Shown: positions 27,701 to 42,700 of the stretch, in pieces
Layout: the number at the start of each line of letters is the position of its first letter
Position numbering within the stretch: the first letter of the stretch is position 1
Origin: Nageia nagi
Lineage: Eukaryota > Plantae > Pinophyta
Direction: 5' to 3'
Length of the DNA: 64,000 nucleotides
Assembly (NCBI GenBank): GCA_050084985.1
Contig: JBITNC010000002.1
Coordinates: 11,842,001 to 11,906,000, forward strand
The notes under the pieces: model-generated
Database searches by the model: none
What the model was told of the DNA's origin: nothing
Seen by the model: the letters and a program-made list of their open reading frames with translations, nothing else
Program-made: the position numbers and the translations under genes

Positions 27701-30700
27701 AGTGTTTTGATTTGGAAGTGCTCAATCGCCAACATTTTGGCTTCTAAGCACTTTTGGGCTGTTTGCACCTTGATTTTGCATGAATTAGCATTGACGAAAT
27801 CTATCCTTCTATTAAAAGAATCCATGCATGATCATCTTCAAATCCAATTGTAATAACATTTTGGCTTCACATGTATCGACAAATAGCATCTTTCTATCTT
27901 AATTTTCAACCATGTAGAATAATCAATTGAACATCTACAACCAAAATATGATCAAACTGCCCTACGCAAGGGGTAGTTCAAACTTCAAACTATCTAGCAA
28001 ATATCAACATTGGCTTCATCCCTAGAATTTCTCAATTATCACTATCTAAATCATCATCTAAATTTTCATTATCTTAAGTATCAAATAGGTCTCTATCTCA
28101 GTACAAACAACAAGCTCTCCACATAAAAAGGAAAATCAATTTCAGCACATTCATTTTATTCATTTGACATTTTCCTTTGAACTCCATGTTCAGCATAGGT
28201 GTTCACATACAACCCAAATCAAAAGGGGCACTCAATTCATTTGCTTTGCTCTAAAAGAATATGTTGATCCAAGCTCTCGCCTGTCCTTCTCAACCTTTGC
28301 ATCAAGGACAAGTCTCCAGCCAAATTATGATATGTTTAATCATTCTATGATTTCAAAACTCATTTTCTTTCTATATAACAAAATCCAAAGATTAAACACA
28401 CAATTCAAATAAACCAAATCTGACAATACACACGCTCAATTTAAGACAAACTTCCAACGTGCAGAAACAAGAAGCCAAACATTTGTATTTCAGAAAATTG
28501 ACTGACACTATCAGCACATACTTAAATGGTCGAAATCGATGACGTCCTGTTCCTGTAATACGCAATGGACCTTCTGGCTCATCTTCGCACTTGTCCATTT
28601 GATTGAAGCACTGTGCAAGGTAAGAACCTTGTTGAGCTGCAACCTAAAAACAGATCATGAAAATTATAAAGTTGATAAGGAAAATAAAGAAAATGTGGGT
28701 TTCCATTTAAAGGCACAAAAGAAAGAAATCGATTGTGTTGGAGAACAGTCTTCACGTTCCACTAATACAGACTGATGCTGTTCAATGTCAACAAAGTTAG
28801 TGCACACATGATACTTGATGTTGGCATGCAATCCAGATAGAAGTAATGGTGTTTGTGGTTGAACTATCATTGTGCAGCATAATGCAAATTGAAATAATTG
28901 TACACAGAACGGAAGGGAATTTGAGAAAGTTGTATTAGAGTTCGTCTCACCCTTACCTCGTGCATCATCTTGAGCAGTATTAGTCGAATCTGATTTTTTC
29001 CAATTTATGTGTCTCAAATATATTTTAATGTTCCTATTACATTTTATGCATGGGACCGAAGCTGTAATATACCAAAGACATTTTAAGGCCCATAAAATTT
29101 ACAAATATTGTGTTTGAGTCAAGTTGAGGATACATTAGAGCAAGACTTGTTCAGATTAAAGAAGACAACAAAAGAAGTGATCAAGTGTAGGATTGAAGTC
29201 TTAGAAATACCAATTACAAAAAAAATAGCAGCAGAAACAACAAATGATGTAGAAAGGGCACAACTCCAAAGTTTCATTATTTCCTTTATTAAAATGTAAA
29301 CCACCAATCAATAATAATAAAGCAAATGAAAGTTGAATGTCAATAGACATATTAGGACAGTTTCCTGAACAATGAAGTGCTATTAAGCATTAATATTCTT
29401 TGGGATAAACTATACGTCCTAATGCATTCAGAACCACACAAAACATACTGTGGTTTTTTGCAACACTCTACCTAATGATCTGCATTAAACTCTCAGTTTG
29501 ATTCTGAAGTATGCAAATTTTCCTTTTTCCTAAAACTTGGTTGTAATATCTGCCAACTGCTCTATTGTTGTAATGTAAAGTAAATCAAGTCTGTACTTTA
29601 AATTTTCTCCCAGATAGAATGATGAACATTAATACATTTGTTCTAGAAGGAAGGGCCTGATTCTTTTCTATCTTCAGCATATTTTGGTTATCACAATTAA
29701 TATTGATCACAGCTCCTTGCTGAAGACCAATCTTTTTGTGTTATCTCCTAAGCCAAATGATGTAGGCATCCATTTTGTCATCTACTGTAAATAGCATTAT
29801 ATTTTATTCATAAAAGTGTACTTAAGAGGGTACTTAATGATGGTAGAGAATTCAGTCCCACAACTGCTGCATTTAACTGTCAATGGGTTATTGATCTGTA
29901 ACATCCCTAAAGATTCCTCAGAACTTATCCACAACAAAATAAGCTTTGTTCATGAATAAATGGTTTCAAGGGGATCTAATGCACCATGTTTCTATTACTT
30001 TGAAAACTCTATGGGTTAGATACAGCATGAGAAGGGTATATAGCTTGTAACTATGTAATTGATATTGATAATTGTTCAATTGCCTGAATCACCCTAACCA
30101 TGTAACCGACTGATATCTACTCAACAATGTAACCACATAATCAAATGATCTTTAATTTATTTACCCTTGTTCCCCTTAAAGCCCAAATGGATACAACATC
30201 AAGTTCATTTCTGAATATGATAAACTTGTTATGACCAAGTGATTTGGGGAAGATGTCATTAGTATGACATGGGTAACATAGTATTAAAGAAAGAAATCTC
30301 TTCCTCATCAATAAATTGGAAAATGTAGCAGTGATGTAGGTAAAATTGAATTGTGGGTTACATGAACTATAACTATATAATTAGTAACTATATAACTCAT
30401 AGTGATAAATAAGATAATAATATTAATGTCCATGGATGATCAAAAAGGTCAAAGAGACTCGGAAATACAGCCAAAGAAATAAACAATTACTAGATAAAAA
30501 GACCCTTGACAAGAAAGCTAACTATAACCAACAAAAGGGTAAATAGGTAAGATGAGAAAAAAAATCCCAAACCATGTTCCTAAAATTACAAAAGTGAAAG
30601 GGAAGAGCCATGTAGGAGAAGTGAATGGAAGAGAAGCAAAAGAGGAGTGCATCAAGAAGATGTGTGCTGTCAGAAACCTGCTGTCATAAACCTGGAGTGT

Positions 30701-33700
30701 AGTGTAGATCTGGAGAACCATCAACTATGACGTCAGCTACCATGAAAGACCTTGTGCAAGAATTGAGAATGACAGGGGGATAGAGCCCCCAAAAGTTGTC
30801 AGTTGAACTGCTCCTAATGTCCAAGGATGAAGGACTACTATTGTAATAAGAGATTCCTTACATTGTCTCAACGACAAATGCAAGGAGGAGCCCTGCTCTT
30901 GATCGAGAACATATTTGTGACATTTGGGGTGGGAAGGCGGTTAGGGGACCTAGGCAGTAGCACATGGTGAAGAGCACCGACATACTGATCTATCACTATT
31001 TGTGTGGGAATTGGAAGTGTCTAGAGGGTGTTTAACACTCCCAATAGAAGTAATGAGTTGTAACAAGTAATTAACTTGGTAGCTATGGAGGTTGTGGGGA
31101 TCTCTTATAGAGATCTATGCCTAAGAGAGATCGCCTCTCAAATGTAAAAGGTCAAGCACTGTTGATCAAGATATAAGAAGAAGGTGGAGAGATAGTTGTC
31201 GGAGTCTCTAAATTAGTAGTAGAACCTCCATTGAATCTTGTTGTAGACATGGCATCTAAAATAAAGTGGTCCTTGACTCCACTTCCCGGTCGGAGTAGAG
31301 ACGATGAACATGGTCCTCATGTGAAATATGGTGATCAAATTTGATATGAAATTGGTGGGAATGTACTTTAAACTAACCAAGAGGGCTCCTCAAGCCATGT
31401 ATCCAATGATACTAAAGATAGATAGGCCAACAAATGGTATCATCAATTACCTGAAGAAAGTGCTCTACATAAAACACTAGCTTGGGGCTTAATGGTAAAG
31501 AACAAGAAGTCCAAGTGACTAGAGTGTACTGCCAATAAATATTAGCACGAACCAACCTATGAGCACTCTCCTTCGAAGGACGAGGTCGAAGGGTGGCAAG
31601 CAAAGAGTGCCTAATGAGAGGAAATTGATCGATGGAAAGACCAATAGATTGGAGGAGCAAACATGTCTAGGAGAACCAACAACATCAATGTTTGGAGAAG
31701 CATGAAGAGGCGTTTTCCTTTAAGCAGCAACGAACTAAAAATAGATGTGAAAACATTGGCATTGGAGAATGTATCTTTCAAAGGATATCCTAAAAACAAA
31801 TATGAAAAAATTGGCATTCCAAGATAGAAAGCTAAGCATAACCCTTGCAGAGATTTGATTGAGAGGCGGGTCTCAAACTAAAAGGTACAAAAAATAGAAC
31901 CCCCAAAAGTGTAGGAAGTGATGATCTCCACAAGTTCCACATTGTAGAAAAATTGAAACTCAAAGGTAAAATCTTTGTAAATATTAAAAATCGTGGCCTT
32001 CATTTTACAAAGGTTAACTAAGAATTGTTGAATATTGCAAAAACAAGCAAGAGCAATCCAATGGTATCTATAGATCATTGTCAAAGTGAGAGACGAGAAT
32101 CGTATTGTCAACAAAAAGAAGAATAGCAATCAACATATGATGAAGAAAACAATTGTCACTGGCATAAATGTAGTGCCGAAGAAAATCCTTAAGCTCGTCA
32201 ATATAGATACCAAAAAGGGCCACTAAGAGGGGACAACCCTATTTGACTGCAATGGTACTCTTAATAGATTCAAAGATGCCATGAGGAGTGCGGCATTGGC
32301 CAACTAGTGTCCCATATAACATTGTGATACCTAGGACAAGGGAATCAAAGATACCAATGTCATGAAGCTCTTAGAGAAGAAGATATCTCAATTACCTAAC
32401 ATGAATTAGTTTTCTATCCACACAATGCTCTTGCCAACAAAAAGGAAAGAAAGTTCAATTAAAACAAAATGAATTATAGTAGCAAAATCTTACACAACAC
32501 CAAAATAGAAGTAACTAAACAAAAAGGGTTTGTTTCTATTATACAATTCCCAACATACAAAGTGCAATGTTTCAATGGAAAAGAGTTGGTATTCACAACT
32601 CAACAACTAGTGTTGATGCCCATTATTGAGCACTTTGCACAAAATTCACTCTTGCCAATCTACATTTGTAGTGTGTAGAATGCCTTATGCAATAGCGACA
32701 TTAACCTTATAAAGAGTTGAGTGATTCTTGGGCTGCATGTTTCTTGACCTTTCATCTTTTGTGGCCTTACAACAAGTTGAGTGAGGCATTAGCCAAGTGG
32801 GTTTATGCCAAGAATCATCCATGTACAAGTTTGGTCTAGGAGGTCAGTTGGCATCACAAACCTAGTTTCAACATTCCAAACCCAACATCTACCTCCAATG
32901 GTTGGGTAACTACACACATGACAAATTAACCTTCCCTGCTGGGAGTGAGGCTTTTAGTCCCCAAAAATATCAAGAAGAGATAACATGAAGGTCTTGGGTC
33001 TTTACCCACTCAATGGGCAACCATTTGAATTGCTTTGGTAGTTTATGATTGAGAAAAACCTCTTAGCACTCTATTCCTTGCCTTTGCCACCCTAATTTTT
33101 TGTCAAAACTATCTTTCTTCATCTCCCTTATGATGTCAAGATCCAAATGATCCACTCTTGGCAACATTGAAGTCCTCCCCTTTTAGCCAACAAGGATACT
33201 TCAAAGTTCAAACAACCTTACAATTTCCACATTTATCACTAAGTACATCTGCATGTACTTAGGAGTTTGATCTTCTTGCACATTCCCCATAGCCTCTCTT
33301 TACCTAGGTGCAACCACACCAAATCTCCATCTTGGAACTTATAAGTTGTCTTGTGTTGGTCATGTCTCCTTTTATTTTTGTTGAACCATCTTGAACCTTT
33401 CTCAATGCATTAACAAGTTAGTTGAATCTTCTAAATGAACTTGAGGGTCTTGTTTTCATATGTTGGGCCAACACCTTCACCTACACCAAATTGCTAAATG
33501 CCACATCGAAGTGTCATTGTCAAAGAAACTAATTACATGCGTCAAAATGTGAACCCATTTCCCTATTTGTAGCAATATTGCATATTGGTTATGCTCTTGT
33601 CTCAATAACTGAACCAAAATGTAGTTGACTACCTTTGTTTGTCAATTTATTTGTGGCTGGAAAGCAATTGATTTGCTCATCTTGGTGTCCATCTTCGACA

Positions 33701-36700
33701 AAGTACATGAGAACTTAGTCAAGAAATTAGTCTCTGTCATTGATGTCATCAATAGGCAATCATTTACACTCTTGGTAGTCAAAAAACCAGTAATGAAGTT
33801 CATCGAGACACTCCCTCTAGGTTGGCTTGTAAGTTGTATAAAGTTGTACAAGCCCAACTTTTTATGTCATGATCTTGTAATGCAATACATCTTGGAGCTA
33901 TGAACAAATATGGCAATATCACTCCATATATTTAGCCAATAAGTATAATATTGCAGACGTGCCACATTCTTGAAGAATGGACTTCTCTCAATAGGACTAG
34001 TCAAGTGTCTCCCTTTGGGTTGCATAGTTGGCCTTGTCTATACACCAAGCCATCCTCCAACTGAAAATATTTCACAAAGGAAGAGTATACTTTTGCTTAG
34101 AGTGCTTGAAACTTTTCCCCAGATTCAAAGTCTCACTCATATTCTACATTGTATTTTTCCATAAGAAACAATCCAACCTCAAGACCATAGATGCAACCTT
34201 CATGGGTGTGCAAGACAACCAAATGATTGTCTTGGATCTCTTATACATGATTTGGATGTTGGATTATTATAGGAAGCCTATGCATTTGAGTGGCTCATGC
34301 TCTATTGGAATAATCCTTTCCTACGTGACATGTATTGCTTCCAATTCTTGTTGCTCATGGATAGTTCATGGTTGACCCACTGAATACCTCATAATTATAG
34401 AAAATCAACCTTTTTCCTTGCATTATAAAAACACCCATGGCTTGGCCTAAGCAATATGTTTCATTTTCAAATGGTTGCTCGATTCAAACAATGCCAACAT
34501 GGGTACCTATTCTTGCTATCTCTTCTTTGTTGGGCTTATCAAGCAAGCCATTAAAAAACTTTGCACCAATAAAGCTACAAATTTGGATGGGTTATAAGAG
34601 GAATTCTTGAAGCATGGTATATTGACTTACTTATTATACCTCTTACCAATCTCTTCAACCCCAAAATCTACTAAAGTTTCCCTAACTCTTGGACTAAGCA
34701 TATCATTCACCTTGTCCATAAAACAAGAGATCCCCACAAACCCAACAATTATAGAACCATCATGATTGGACATGTCTTTGCTAAACATTATGCCATAGCA
34801 TTAGACTTGCTTCTTTCACACAAGTGGCAAAAGAGAAGGCCGTCAAGGTGATGGCGTACTTGAGATGACGGTGGCTAGTTTTACACTCAGCATCAAACCA
34901 TTGGTTCATCGGGGAATGCCCATGATGTCAGGAGCGAGCTGGGGGGTAGATGGCGTAAGGGAAAATCTGTAAGGTTGTGGAGCGAAGAGTCTCGGAAAGG
35001 GAAAGCGCCTGATCATCGATAGAGGTGAAAGAGTGCATGTGGGGAAGTTTTTATTTTAGGACGAGGCTAAATGAGGGGGAAAGGTCTCAATCAAAGTGGA
35101 TGATTATATGAGGGGGCCATGGGATGGGATGGTGGGTCAAAGGGGGAGGGGTAGGAGGAGAATCCAAGAGAGAGGGTTAGGTGGGCATGGTCAACGAGTG
35201 GGAGACAAGGGGTGACAACAAAAGTTTGATAGTGGGGGACAAGCGAAGGGATAGCAAGGATGTAGATGACGACACTAGATCCACTCGCATGAGGAAAACA
35301 AGTGTGGTGTCAGGAGTGGGGGAACTGAGCAATGCCATTCATGATGACGAGGTTGTGGGTCTCACTAAGCTCAAAAAGGAATCTCCCATAAGCTGAAGTA
35401 GGCAAAGTATCATCAGATGCTTGTTGGAGCTCACCTTCATGCTCCAAGGCACGGAGGTGAAGAGGGACAACTCACTCTTCATAATACTGTGTCTGAAGAC
35501 TCCCTTTCCTACCATTAAATTCACTTGCCAATATGATATCCTCCTGCATCGAGTATCTAGAAATCTCAAGGAAAAGATCCAAGAATGGAGATTACCCATC
35601 TCCATGTAAGGCTTAACACCATGATGTTAGTGGAATATAGCACCTTGCTAAGTATATCCTCCGAAGTTGTGGAGGTCTCTCAATGGAAATCTAAATGTAG
35701 CATGCGTGGGTGTTGATGCCTTCGACCCTCAACCTGGGAAACAAACAATCGCTCACAAAGAAGGCTACACCCCTAATGCCACGTTCACAGCTACCTACTT
35801 TGGTGGAGTGCCTAAAAGCAAAGATCCAAGTGTAGCTTGTGAAGAAGGGATGCCAAAAAAATTGGACTGCAGAACTTTCCAATGTGAACAAGCAGTCTCT
35901 GGAGGGTGTGTGGAACTGGGCGAGGCTGCAAGAGACTGTGAACAGGTCATCGCCAGATTGGGAGCCTGAAGGCAGACTTGCTTGGATGAAATTTGGGAGA
36001 AGCCCAATGGTGGTACATGTTGAGTAGCCTACAATAAACTACTCTAATCCGCTTGTACACAACAACAATCAAAAAATGTCTTGCACAGAACCCACATTAA
36101 GCATTGGTCAGGAGACAAGCCCACAAGATATGCAAGCGGAGAGCAATAGAATCCTGAAGAGCACCAAGAACCACCTCTCAAATCACAGAGGCTAGGTGAA
36201 GACATTCGTGCAAAGCTGGGCAAAGGTGATCATGAAGCAAGTCCTCAAGCGAGCACCCACTCACAAGAGACATGATTACTGGGCGAGGGTGAGGGGGGGG
36301 GGGGGAGTTGGGAATGCAAGGCGGAGGGGGAGTCGAGGATGTTGGGCAGAGGGGGCATCAAGGATTCTAGGCGAAGGGGGAGAGTCATGATTGTTGGGCA
36401 AAGGGAGAGTCGAGAATGCAGGGTGAAGGGGGGGGGGCTGGTAAAAATGTGCAACAAAGGTGAGAGAAAAGGATTAAAGAACATAGATCTTTGACTTTGG
36501 ACTGATCCTTGATATTGTGTTTGTACTAATCCATAAATGCTTTGACAAGAGCTTTGAATGAATCCATGGATCCGAGTAGCATATTGTAGAACCATTGGCT
36601 GGCATCTCCCTTGAGACTCCTTGGTAAGAACTTGGTCATCAACTTTTCTTCATATCCCAATTTTAGTAAGCACTCTTGAAAGTTGATGAGATGTTGTTTG

Positions 36701-39700
36701 GGGTCTTGATTGCCATTGAACATCTCGAACTTGGGGTTATTGAGATCAGGTGGTGGGGAAAAGTTGACGATTTCTACCGACATGGGGGAGGTGAAGACAC
36801 CATCAAAGTCTTCTTGTTTTTGTTGCACTCTTTGTTGAGATTCAATATTGAATACTCTTGTGGCCAAGTCATGTTAAGATGGAACTTGGTTTGCATCTTT
36901 GCAGGCTTGTTGCGCATTATTCAGGGACGAAAATTCAGCTCTGAATAGTTTCACCAACTTCGGAAAGATGGCCTTTACGAAAGCGACAAGATCTGATTCA
37001 GCCATTAGAATGCCGTTGGCGTTGTGGACTTCGTCACAGATGTATGCAAGATTTTGCCCGTGAAGACAAGATCCCTTGATCAGTTGGGTTGACCAAAAAC
37101 GTAGTCACTAAATAATGACTTGTGATTAAATAAATCACTATTTATGCTACGAAATATCACTTCGGATATTTTGAGATATTTGGAGGAGTATTGATGGTTA
37201 CTAGCACTAGATCAAACACCTTCGCCACATCTGATATATGTTGCTCAGGACAGAGTTGTCTCCCGAATTTGGAGCTTAATGGATGCAGGAACTACGATGT
37301 GCACACTATGGATGCAATCCTCACATGTCGCAAGCACCATTAGATCTGATAGAAATAAAGAAAAACTTAAATGATATGATGTTAGAATGAAGAATAGTTA
37401 ATAGATTTGTGATGTGCCAAAATTAGGAAGCCAAAAACCCAATGAACAAGCTAGGGTAATTTCCAGACTCAAAAGGTAATGCAAAATGTCAACGTCACAC
37501 AATGATGCTTAGATATGACACAAAATATGGGATCCAAGGGCCCACGCCTCAATATATCATCAAAAGGAGCAAGTACAATATCAGGAAGCCAAATTAGGCT
37601 TGATGTTTAGCCAAAGAAGCAAGATCAAACCCTTAACGATGTCAAAAATGCTCCTAGAAGGATGACATTTGGTACTATGGATCTAGAAGTAAAATCTAAA
37701 GTAACCAATTACTAAAGGTTTCCATCCTTAGCCAAATCTAGCGAGGGCTACGTCCCACTAAATCCTTCTCCTACAGGGTTTCGTCCACAAGAGGCCCAAG
37801 AGATGACTCCACGCCACACTCAGAAAGAAATATGACATATATGATCAAAAGCTACCTTCCAAATGATGCGCCAAACCCCTAAGTAGCTAGACATCTCACT
37901 GGGTGGCCTAGATCTTGCCTACGAATCCATGCTAATAGAGTGCCACAAGAATTCATGCGTGGGGGTCTTGGAATCAAGTAAACTAGCACCTAGGGGTCAT
38001 CCCATGCCTTGCGCTAGGAATCCACATCGAGATGTGTACTATCAAGTCGTTGGATCACATACATTACATAAAATGACACTAAGTGACTTTTATCAATCCA
38101 AGGAGGATGACGTCCCACTTTGGGGCTCACAATTTGCCTTAAATACCCATCACTTGGTTAAATTGAATGCCTAAATACAAATGTAATGACTAATAAAGCT
38201 CCTCTAACTACATAATCACTCCTAAATTACTTTATTTCATGCTAAGATTTTCCCCTAAGGGTGGACGTCAAGTTCCCAATGGACTCTATGAGTCTTATCA
38301 TGTACAAAAAAGGTACATGACAAGATCCTTAGATAGGTGGCATCGAGAGACACCGTTGTTATTTGGAGTGTGGTTCAATCATGAGTCAACCTATCCAAAT
38401 GTTGTGTGGATTTGATCATCTGATAGGAAATGTCTTGCTTTGGATCTTCTTTCGTAGCTAAATGTCTTGGACACTTGTGCTTCTTGAAATCTACATTGAT
38501 TACATAGCTTGTGGTGTTTTTCTTGATATTGACACCAATTACATTATTTATGATGTCTTTATTAACATTTACAACACCTTTTACAATATTGGCCTTTGTT
38601 ACCTTAAATATGATTTATATTAAATAGAAATCACATTTAGGTGGCTACAAGCATAGTTTACTTTTTTCTATTCATTGGCAATTTTGATTCCATATTCTTT
38701 TTCAAAATACCATACCTTTTACAATGGTAACATTGAACATTTTTTTTATCAAGTCTTCCTCTTCCTCTACCAGCATAGCCTCCTCTTCTTCCTTCTTTTC
38801 TATTTGAGAAGTTCTAATTTTGTTGTCCTCCTTGTCCTTGTGAGCTTGAACTAGCACCATCATTCTTTGAAATTTTTACCTTCAAGGCAAAAGCTTGCTC
38901 AACACCTTCACTGAAGATGTATTTTAATCTCTCTTCATATGACATGAGACATCACACAAGGTGATCAAACTCCAAAGTACGCAAATCCTTTCTTTCTTCA
39001 ATGATGATGGCTACATGGTTCCACCTAGGTTTTAACATTCTCAAACATTTCTTTAAAACAAGATCCTTTTCCAACCTTTCCCCTAAAGTGTCAATTCTAT
39101 TGACCACATATTTAGCTCTTAACGAAATATTCACTCCCACTCTCTGATTATTGCATTCTTACATTTTCAGACTCTCTTCTTAATATTTGCAACTTAACTT
39201 TTACTTTATCACTTAAGTGGTAAGCCTCTTTTAGAGCCTGCCACGCATCCTTAGCTGATTTTGCATATACAATATATGGAAATAAGCTCTTATCAAGAGC
39301 TGATTGAATGTGGTACAATGCCAAAGAGTTTTCTTCTAAATGTCCTTTATTTGCTTATCATTTTGAGGAATAGACTCCAAGCAATTGGCTCATCATAACC
39401 AGAATTAACAATATCCCACAAAATCTTTACTTGCTAAGCAAGTTCCTCATTTTGATGCTCCAATAATCATAACCTTTACCATTGAATTTTGAAACAAGGA
39501 GAGATTGTTGTTGGCCATGACAACCAAATCAACAACTTGAAGCAAAACTTGATTAATGGTTATAAAGATTAAGACATAAGCTCTCGAGTCTCTCCATCCC
39601 AAGGCCAAAAAGGCTCTGATAACACTTGTACATATTTGTCTTCTAAATGATAATATCACTCACTTACAACTTCGGAAAACAACATATATAAAAGAACTCA

Positions 39701-42700
39701 ATGCAAAATCAGAGTTTTTTGACATAGCATAAAGCATCAATGGTTGCCTTCTATTAAATGTTACACAAAAATAAGGAAATACAAGCTCCACACAAAAAAC
39801 TAGCTAGCGCTCTATTGAACTACTATGATATATCCTATTATAGAGGTGGGGAATGACTTGTGGCCTTCCCTCCAATTACATATACTACCTAATGATTAGA
39901 ACAAAGAAAATACATGATCCTTAGGCCACTAAACAACTGCAAATAACAATCACAGTTGGTTTTGGGAACTTTTGTTTTATTAGACTACTTAATTCATTTT
40001 TCTGACTTTAGCCCCATATCATTTGATTTGGAATAGAGATAACAACAAATTTGGAAATGAGGAATTAGGTTGACGCTTGTGCAAGATGGAACATACATGA
40101 GACAAAACTTGAAATTTGTCTTCTTCCTCCTTGAGCTTGATGACACCCATGATCTTATTATTCTAGCTAGTATTGCTCTGTTCCCCCAATCTTGATACCA
40201 CACCTACTTCCCTCATGTAGGGGGGTCTACTGTCATGGATTAAATACTTGCCAGTTCTTCCCTCATCTCAAACCTTCATTCATTTTGGGTTGCCCCTCAT
40301 CTCCCTCTTGCAAATCATGCACACCTTACCCTTTCTCTGCTAGATCATCTCACACCACCTCCCCATACTGCAAACTTGATTGACAACATGATAAACCCTG
40401 ACGTTTAAAGAAAGAGAATTGGGTAGAAGATGTTCAATCCAATGCATATATGAGGTTGTTGATAACATCCAACAAGCATTGCATGTTGATAATGCTCTTT
40501 GTGTCAAGTTTATTCATTGTGAAACACTTCTACTCAAACTCTATAATATGGTTTTTATAGAATGTGTTATGTTGCACCATCTCTTAAACTCCCTCAAGTG
40601 GGTATCATATTGTGCTTGAACATCACTCTACTTCATTTGTCCATTGCCTATAAGCTCATGATGGGCAACCAATTTGAGCATATTGGTTGAATCCAAAGCA
40701 ATCTCAACCTTAAATATTTTGATAAAGCCTACATTAACTCCACGCCTTGTATCCCAAGTAAGTTAACCAGTCAATTGTGGGTTGAACTAACTTATTAACC
40801 TATTAGGTTGTTGCATCTAAATTCTCTTGCTACTGTGTAGATTAGGCAATCATGTAGAAACTACCTCTTGGTACTATGTTTGTGCATGCTCAGACTTAAC
40901 ATGGATTTTCAACACCAAAATGTCTCATGGCTCCTTGTCATCCTGTGTAAAACTTTCCAATAAGGTAGTCACTTTGTTTGCCTTGAGTGAAAAGCCCTCT
41001 TATTGCTCACACTCCAAGCTCTCTCCTTTGTGAATTGAAGCCAATCTTTTATCTCAAGATTGAGTAGGTTATGCATCCATTGGACCCTTTAAAACATGAA
41101 CCATCTAAACAAGTTGTGCATCACTATGTACCAATGCCTCTTGCCAAAGAGCATGCACATTGCCACCAACATTTGTTGTCGTTTGTGAATCAACATCAAC
41201 ATCATGAACCATGATGATCTCCACATCCAAACTCAACATGTTGACCTTCATAGTCAGTTGTCACAAACATAGTGCAACTCTATACTCTTCAAATATATGA
41301 AGCACTTTCTTCATCGCAAAGATCCTGGTACACTGTCCTAGACTACCTTCATTGGTAGTCACCACATCGAGAGTGTCAACATGCCCATGTATGGCATCGA
41401 TCAACAAAAAGAGATGCATAATCACTACTATTGGTGCACCTTCACTCCTATTACTAAATTTCTCACTTTCCTTCCTCTAGAATATCATCGGCCTTATGAT
41501 CTAGGTCATTATCCTCATCCTCATCTGGCTCATGAACAACACTCTTTTTCTTGCATTTTGAAGTGTATTGTGCAACATCATTGGCTCATGGACTCCATGA
41601 ATATGTGTCTAATGCAAGCTCTTAACTACTTTTGTGCCACCAAGTCAATGCATACCTTCCACCTTTTGTGTTCAAGGTTTAGGATGTCCTTCCTACCAAC
41701 CTTGGCTTAGGCATTCCTCGTACAAATATAACTCAAAAGTGCTTTGCATCAAACAAGAGATTTAAAAGTGAAATCACCATAAATTCTACAATAAACATAC
41801 ACGCTCTAACATCAATGCTCTAAACCATCAACATAGCCATGAGCTTTATTAATCAACCATTGTCAACTTGTTACATGGGTCTTTTATCTTTGGCATGGCA
41901 TATACTTGTTTTTCTTTCTTATTCCCATTGACCAACAATCCGTCATCGAGAACCTAGCCACTTCCAAAATCTCACAATCTTGATCGCTCAAATAGTGTGT
42001 ATCAATGTGACCTTCCAAATTGCAAATCTTAATTCAAACATATTTCTTACCCTTATTTGCATTACCTTTCAACTCTTTAAACATGCATAGCAATAATCAA
42101 CATGGATTCCTCATCATCATCATCACACTTCGATGTATTTTCTAACTTTGCAAGCTACTTAGCCTCTTCATCATGGCATCATTGTACATCACTTTGTCTG
42201 TTGTCTAGTACAATGTCAATCTTCATATAATATTTCGGTTACAACCCTTCATTGACTTGCAATTCCACCTAGTGAGAGGCCTGTGATAGAAACTCTTATA
42301 ACTTAGAAGATGAAGACAAATACATAACATAATAAACATATAGATATCTACACAAGTTTATAACAAGTGTGGGGAAACCTTATACATACAAATATTAACA
42401 TATTGCGTATAGACACACTATGGTAGAGACAATTTAGGCCCCACTTAACCTTTTGTGAGACTACACTACTAGAGTCAAGGGACAATAAGTTGAACGTTTC
42501 ATGACCTATGTCATATTATGTTATTAACCTTTCGGAATATATGCATGTTAAAGTATAAATTATTAGGAAATGCCCCAAATATGCTTTAAAGCATTTCTAG
42601 TTGTATTTCCATGTATCAAAAATGGTGCCAGAACTGTTTCCTGAATATTTCCGATTTTAAAAACAAGAAATGACCTCTCCGTAGGCATTTCCAACAAAAT

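Noticed and set aside
30400-32450. Possible LINE remnants here and at about 45000-45590 and 54300-55440
   Set aside because: The composition suggests old minus-strand LINE fragments, but I could not read diagnostic motifs or boundaries.
40190-42300. Possible further gypsy remnant with PBS-like ttgatacca
   Set aside because: Too degenerate to delimit or assign without alignment.
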